Assembly: GCF_009914755.1 (NCBI RefSeq)
Contig: NC_060928.1
Strand: one strand, 5' to 3'
From: the human T2T-CHM13v2.0 reference genome, Homo sapiens
Length of the DNA: 64,000 nt
The position numbers and the translations under genes were made by a program. Shown piece by piece: positions 58,851-64,000 of this stretch. The notes under the pieces are model-generated. The model was not told the origin of the DNA, made no database searches, and saw nothing but the letters and a program-made list of their open reading frames with translations. The number at the start of each line of letters is the position of its first letter. Position 1 is the stretch's first letter.

Positions 58851-60882
58851 TACAAAAAAGTTTGTGAAATAAACGTACTGGAGAATCTTTAAAATTTTTG
58901 TGCTTTTTAATCCTACTATTATGAATCTTTTTAGTTTCATCTTACATTACTACTCTCATAATAGCTATCCTTAGCCAGGTGCCATGGCACAGGCCTGTAG
59001 TCCCAACTGCTGGGAAGATTGAGGTGGGAGGATGGCTGCAGTACAAGAGCCCAGGAGTTCAAGGCCAGGCTGGGCAACATAGTGCTCCGCCTCTGCTGGG
59101 CTCTGTAGGGAATCCTTTCTGTTGTAAAAGAGTTACCATTTAACTCCCTTCACTGAGTGCGTTTCTGAGACCTTGCTAGGCACTCTGGAAACTGCTTAGT
59201 TGAGAAAAGACAAATACAAAAGCTTTTCTTTAGTCTATTTAAGATACAGTTTATTCAGTTCACTTTGCTTTCTTTTTATAAGAATGTACAAGAGGCAGAC
59301 AGAGGTAATCCTTCTAGAAATAAAACTAATTGTTATTGGGCACTTGTATGTACCAGACACTACACTAAGCATGGTACTTGGGTTTTTAATTTATTACATG
59401 TAATGTCAGTAGGTTCAATTATATGATCGTAACATCTTCATGACCAGCAGCATGTATTTTAGAGTTAGAAATGTAGTCTGGTTTTTGAGAAGTTTTACAA
59501 GGTGTATGTCCAAAATTGTTCTTTCCTCACATGTCAGTGGGGGATAAATACAGCATTGCTCTCACTTCTTTGACTCTGGGTGCTTTTTCGGATACATTTT
59601 CTTCAACACTGTTAAGGGGCCTCACTGTCAGATTAACCAATTATTTTTCCACAGTTGGTCACCAGACTTTGGAAAAAATCCACCTCACCAAAATTTTGGA
59701 TATCCTGATCTGTGTTCATGAAATGCTCTTCTTTTTGTAAAATCTATCACTGCATCTCACAGCAACTTGTTTTCACACATGTTCTAGTGGTTCCCATAAC
59801 TTAGATTTTACAGGAGGCAAATTTACTAAAAATGAGGAGACTAAAATGAATGACCAACTTTGAATTTTGTCAAATAACATTGAAAATGAATTATCTCATA
59901 AAAGGTAATTTTAATACCCCAAAAGTAAGATGGTTGTACTCTCAGAATAAAGACTTTTTCCCTGCCACATTTTCAGTTGTTAAAATATGCTAAGAGCTAT
60001 GCCCATATCTTTTCCCACCTGTGCACATTTTTCAGAAGCGTAGGGTTGGTAGTAAGCTGTTGCTTTAATAACTCCTTTAAATAAGCATTATTAGCAGTTT
60101 GCATTACTTCTTGTAAATTTACACAATTTTATCTTGTCCATCTTTAAAAAATAGACATCTAATAACCAAATGTATTTGAATTGATGCAGTGTAAGTAACT
60201 TGTAGAACTTGAGGATAAGTGGTAAAAGAAAAAAAAAAGTAACTTGGCTCTTGAAATACATGTCTTCGGTTTCTAGAGCCTTCAAAATACAGCCCTGTTG
60301 TTACTGCGTCACATTATGATTGTTTTGAGGACTGCTTCTGCTTACCTAGGAAACTACTCATGCCTTACTCAGCAAATGAACATCACTATTACATAAACAT
60401 CAGGTATCCAAAAGTGTTAGCAGGCTTGAGGTATGAATGATTCATTCATATGGGTAATTAAGCAAGTTGAATTATGGAAAGCACCTCACAATTCACACAA
60501 TTCAGCTTTGAGTTCAATGCCAAATACGATGATTCATTAAGTTGCCTTTGTATTTTGTAACCTAATTTGTTAATAAGTAAGTTACAGGAAGCCAATTAAG
60601 CCAGCTGCTGATCTATATAGTACTACCTTCCTCATTGTGATTCCATAGTCTTCCAATAGAAATGTGCTGTCAGAATCTGTATAGAGAGTTTGTAAATGCC
60701 ACTATTTAACAAGGTTCTTAAGAATTTAGGTGGATGTTTTATTTGATACCTACCAAAGAAGCCTAAGTAATTGTATAATACTTAACCCATTTAGAATTCA
60801 GTTGTGGCAGCATAACCAATCTGGAGAGACCAGGGGAGATGTTACTAATGCTTGTACTTTATTCAGAAGTGAGTGCCTCATT

Positions 60883-61191
<309 letters not shown>

Positions 61192-61194
61192 GTC

Positions 61195-61517
61195 TTTTTT
61201 TTTTTTCATCTAATCAAATTTATTGTGGCAGAAATCAGTACGAAGTTCGTAGGACAGGAGGAAACCAATATAAATATCTCAGCATTGTAGGAAATTTAAC
61301 CCATGGAAAGCAGGGGTGAATTAAAGACCACTTTGAAGGCTGGGAAAAGCAGATAATTTAGATATAGTCAAAGTATGAAATCATTGATAGATCCAGAACA
61401 AGGAAATGATGTATGTGTTTACATATTACATCTACTTTATTAACAATTTTCCCTCTGTTAAACTAATATCGACTAATAGTAGTCTAGGTAAGTCAAGTTC
61501 AAATTAAGTGGTAATTG
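61195..61517 (-). pseudogene. Putative 5'-truncated retrocopy of an unidentified polyadenylated RNA
   Basis: Minus-strand AATAAA (61219-61224), 12 nt, A12 tail; 16-bp TSD with one mismatch (61187-61202 and 61518-61533); TT/AAAA junction. Confidence 0.7.
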
Positions 61518-62409
61518 AAAAAGTCTTCTTTTTAAAAAATTTTTAATGGTAGAGGCAGCAGCTACCCAGAGTCTACTTATTCTTACTTCACATTGAATTC
61601 TAACAAGTTTGGTTATCTGATTTCTGCTTCTTAACAAATCACAAGTATCAAAAGGGTCTTGCAGAAGGGGTGAACTACAGAATGTGACAGCTGACAGCAA
61701 GTCAGGGGAACAAAAATAAATTTAAGGTGAACATTAAAGGCATAGCAGCTTGAGACAATTTATAGGATTCTGCATACAACTGTCTCTGAGGACATCACTG
61801 TGATCAAATTATACAAGTGATGTTTAGTGATGAATTGGAATCAAGATAAGTAGTATGTGTTATTCAAAAAGGCAGGATATGTGTTGCATTTGGTGGTAAC
61901 AATTTCCCCTTAGCTATTTAGTTAAAAGCTTAGTGCTTAACATGTTGGAAAATTTATATGTAAAATATATTGACTTACTCGATGATTGGAGGCTTTATCA
62001 CAGGAAGTTTTCCCATTCAATTGAAACATTTTTCAAGCTTAATGACTATAATTTACTACATAATTATTTATTTTGTTCAAGTTTGAGGAAAACTAAATAA
62101 AGCAGTAGCAATTTAAGTCATAATAAATTTTGTTAGATGACTTCTTCCACTTTAGGGGGAATTAAAAATCATGTTTAAAAACCACATGTGCAGCAGTTCT
62201 GTGACTCCCTCAACATCCGGTTGGCCATATAGTCCCTTTGCACCACAGAGGTTGGAGTATAGAATATGCCCAAAGCTGTTTTGTTTTGTTTTAACTATGC
62301 TGCATCATCTGAGGTTGTGTTAACATAGTTTGTCCTAATAGTCTTTTACTGGAAACTTGCTATATTTGATCATGTTCAGCAAGTAAACTAATTTTATCTA
62401 CTTTCATAT

Positions 62410-62696
62410 ATTTTGAGACAAAGTCTGGCCCTGTCACCCAGGCTGGAGTGCGGGGGCATGATCGTAGCTCACTGCAGCCTCAGCCTCTTGTGCTCAAGTG
62501 ATCCTCCCACCTCAGCCTCCCAAGTAGCTGAGACTACAGTCATGCTTCATCATGCCCGGCTAATTTTTTATTTTTCTAAGAGACAGAGTCTCACTGTGTT
62601 ACCCAGGCTGGTCTCGAAGTCCTGGACTCAAGTGATCCTCCCTGCCTCAGCACTCCCAAAGTGCTGGGATTGCAGGCATGAGCAACCATGCCTGGT
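62410..62696 (-). mobile_element. Alu (AluJ-like)
   Basis: Antisense Alu consensus. Confidence 0.9.
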
Positions 62697-63253
62697 GTTT
62701 TATCTTTTGCAGAAATCCAATTTAGTAAAGTCATGTTGTAGCAAGCATCACTTTAATATAAAAAGTGTACAGCTCATATTATTAGCAATTGTACTGTTTA
62801 ATTTTATATTAGTTATGGTCTTGAAGGACATTGAAAATCTGTTCAGAAAGACTATGTTTTTCAACCAGAGATGACATCACTCTAACTTTCCTTTGGTTTA
62901 AATGCTTGATTCTTTGCTTACAAAACTTCTGTTTTGAACAACTATGGTGAGAAAGTATATTTGTGATACTGTTTTCTTAGAACACTGTTGTCAGATAGAT
63001 CAGCCATAATGTTAACACATTTCTGATCTCTATTATAAGGCTGTAATTTTCCAAAATAATATAGAAAAGGAGAAAAGGGTAGTACATTTCATAATTAGAG
63101 ATAACCCTGTACTAGTGAGAAAATAAAAATGTCAAGTTTATTAAATTTTCAGATTTCCTGTAATTTTTCCATTACTATCCCTCATAAATTTCTCTGCATG
63201 ATCACACTAAAGATATAAATTAATCACATCCATTCAACAAATTAAGAAACTCA

Positions 63254-63775
<522 letters not shown>

Positions 63776-64000
63776 TTAAAATGTTAATAGACCAGTTACA
63801 AAGAAGAGAATGTAAAGTGATTTTTTAAAATCCATAATTTAAAAAGTACTAGGGTTGCAAGAAGGATAATTCCAATGTTATTTAAAGTATCCCAAATTTT
63901 TTTAAAAAAGAAAAACCAATTCATTTCACATAGGCAGTGCAGCATTAATATGAAAACCTGATAAACATAAGACAAAACTGTAGGCCAGGTGCAGTGGCTT

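Overview
Primate, most likely human, genomic DNA matching the UBE2D3–CISD2–SLC9B1 locus (human 4q24). The window holds the complete three-exon CISD2 gene (+ strand, 135 aa, CDGSH 2Fe-2S protein). CISD2 starts from a CpG island shared head-to-head with a coding alternative first exon of UBE2D3 (- strand, MLSNRKCLSK). CISD2 exon 2 is also read on the - strand, in codon register, as an alternative terminal coding exon matching the short SLC9B1 isoform. The rest is intronic or 3'UTR sequence dense in repeats: roughly 50 Alus, L1 fragments, a full-length THE1/MST element, an internally inverted ERVL fossil, DNA-transposon fossils including a MER85, U7 and U13 retrocopies, and an unidentified antisense retrocopy in the CISD2 3'UTR. 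Nearly all of the supplied ORFs are repeat-derived artefacts. I see no evidence of a wholly new gene system; the best leads concern the crowded CISD2 exon 2, the UBE2D3 alternative exon and several structural oddities. Gene and repeat family names come from recall, not database searches, and repeat boundaries are approximate.
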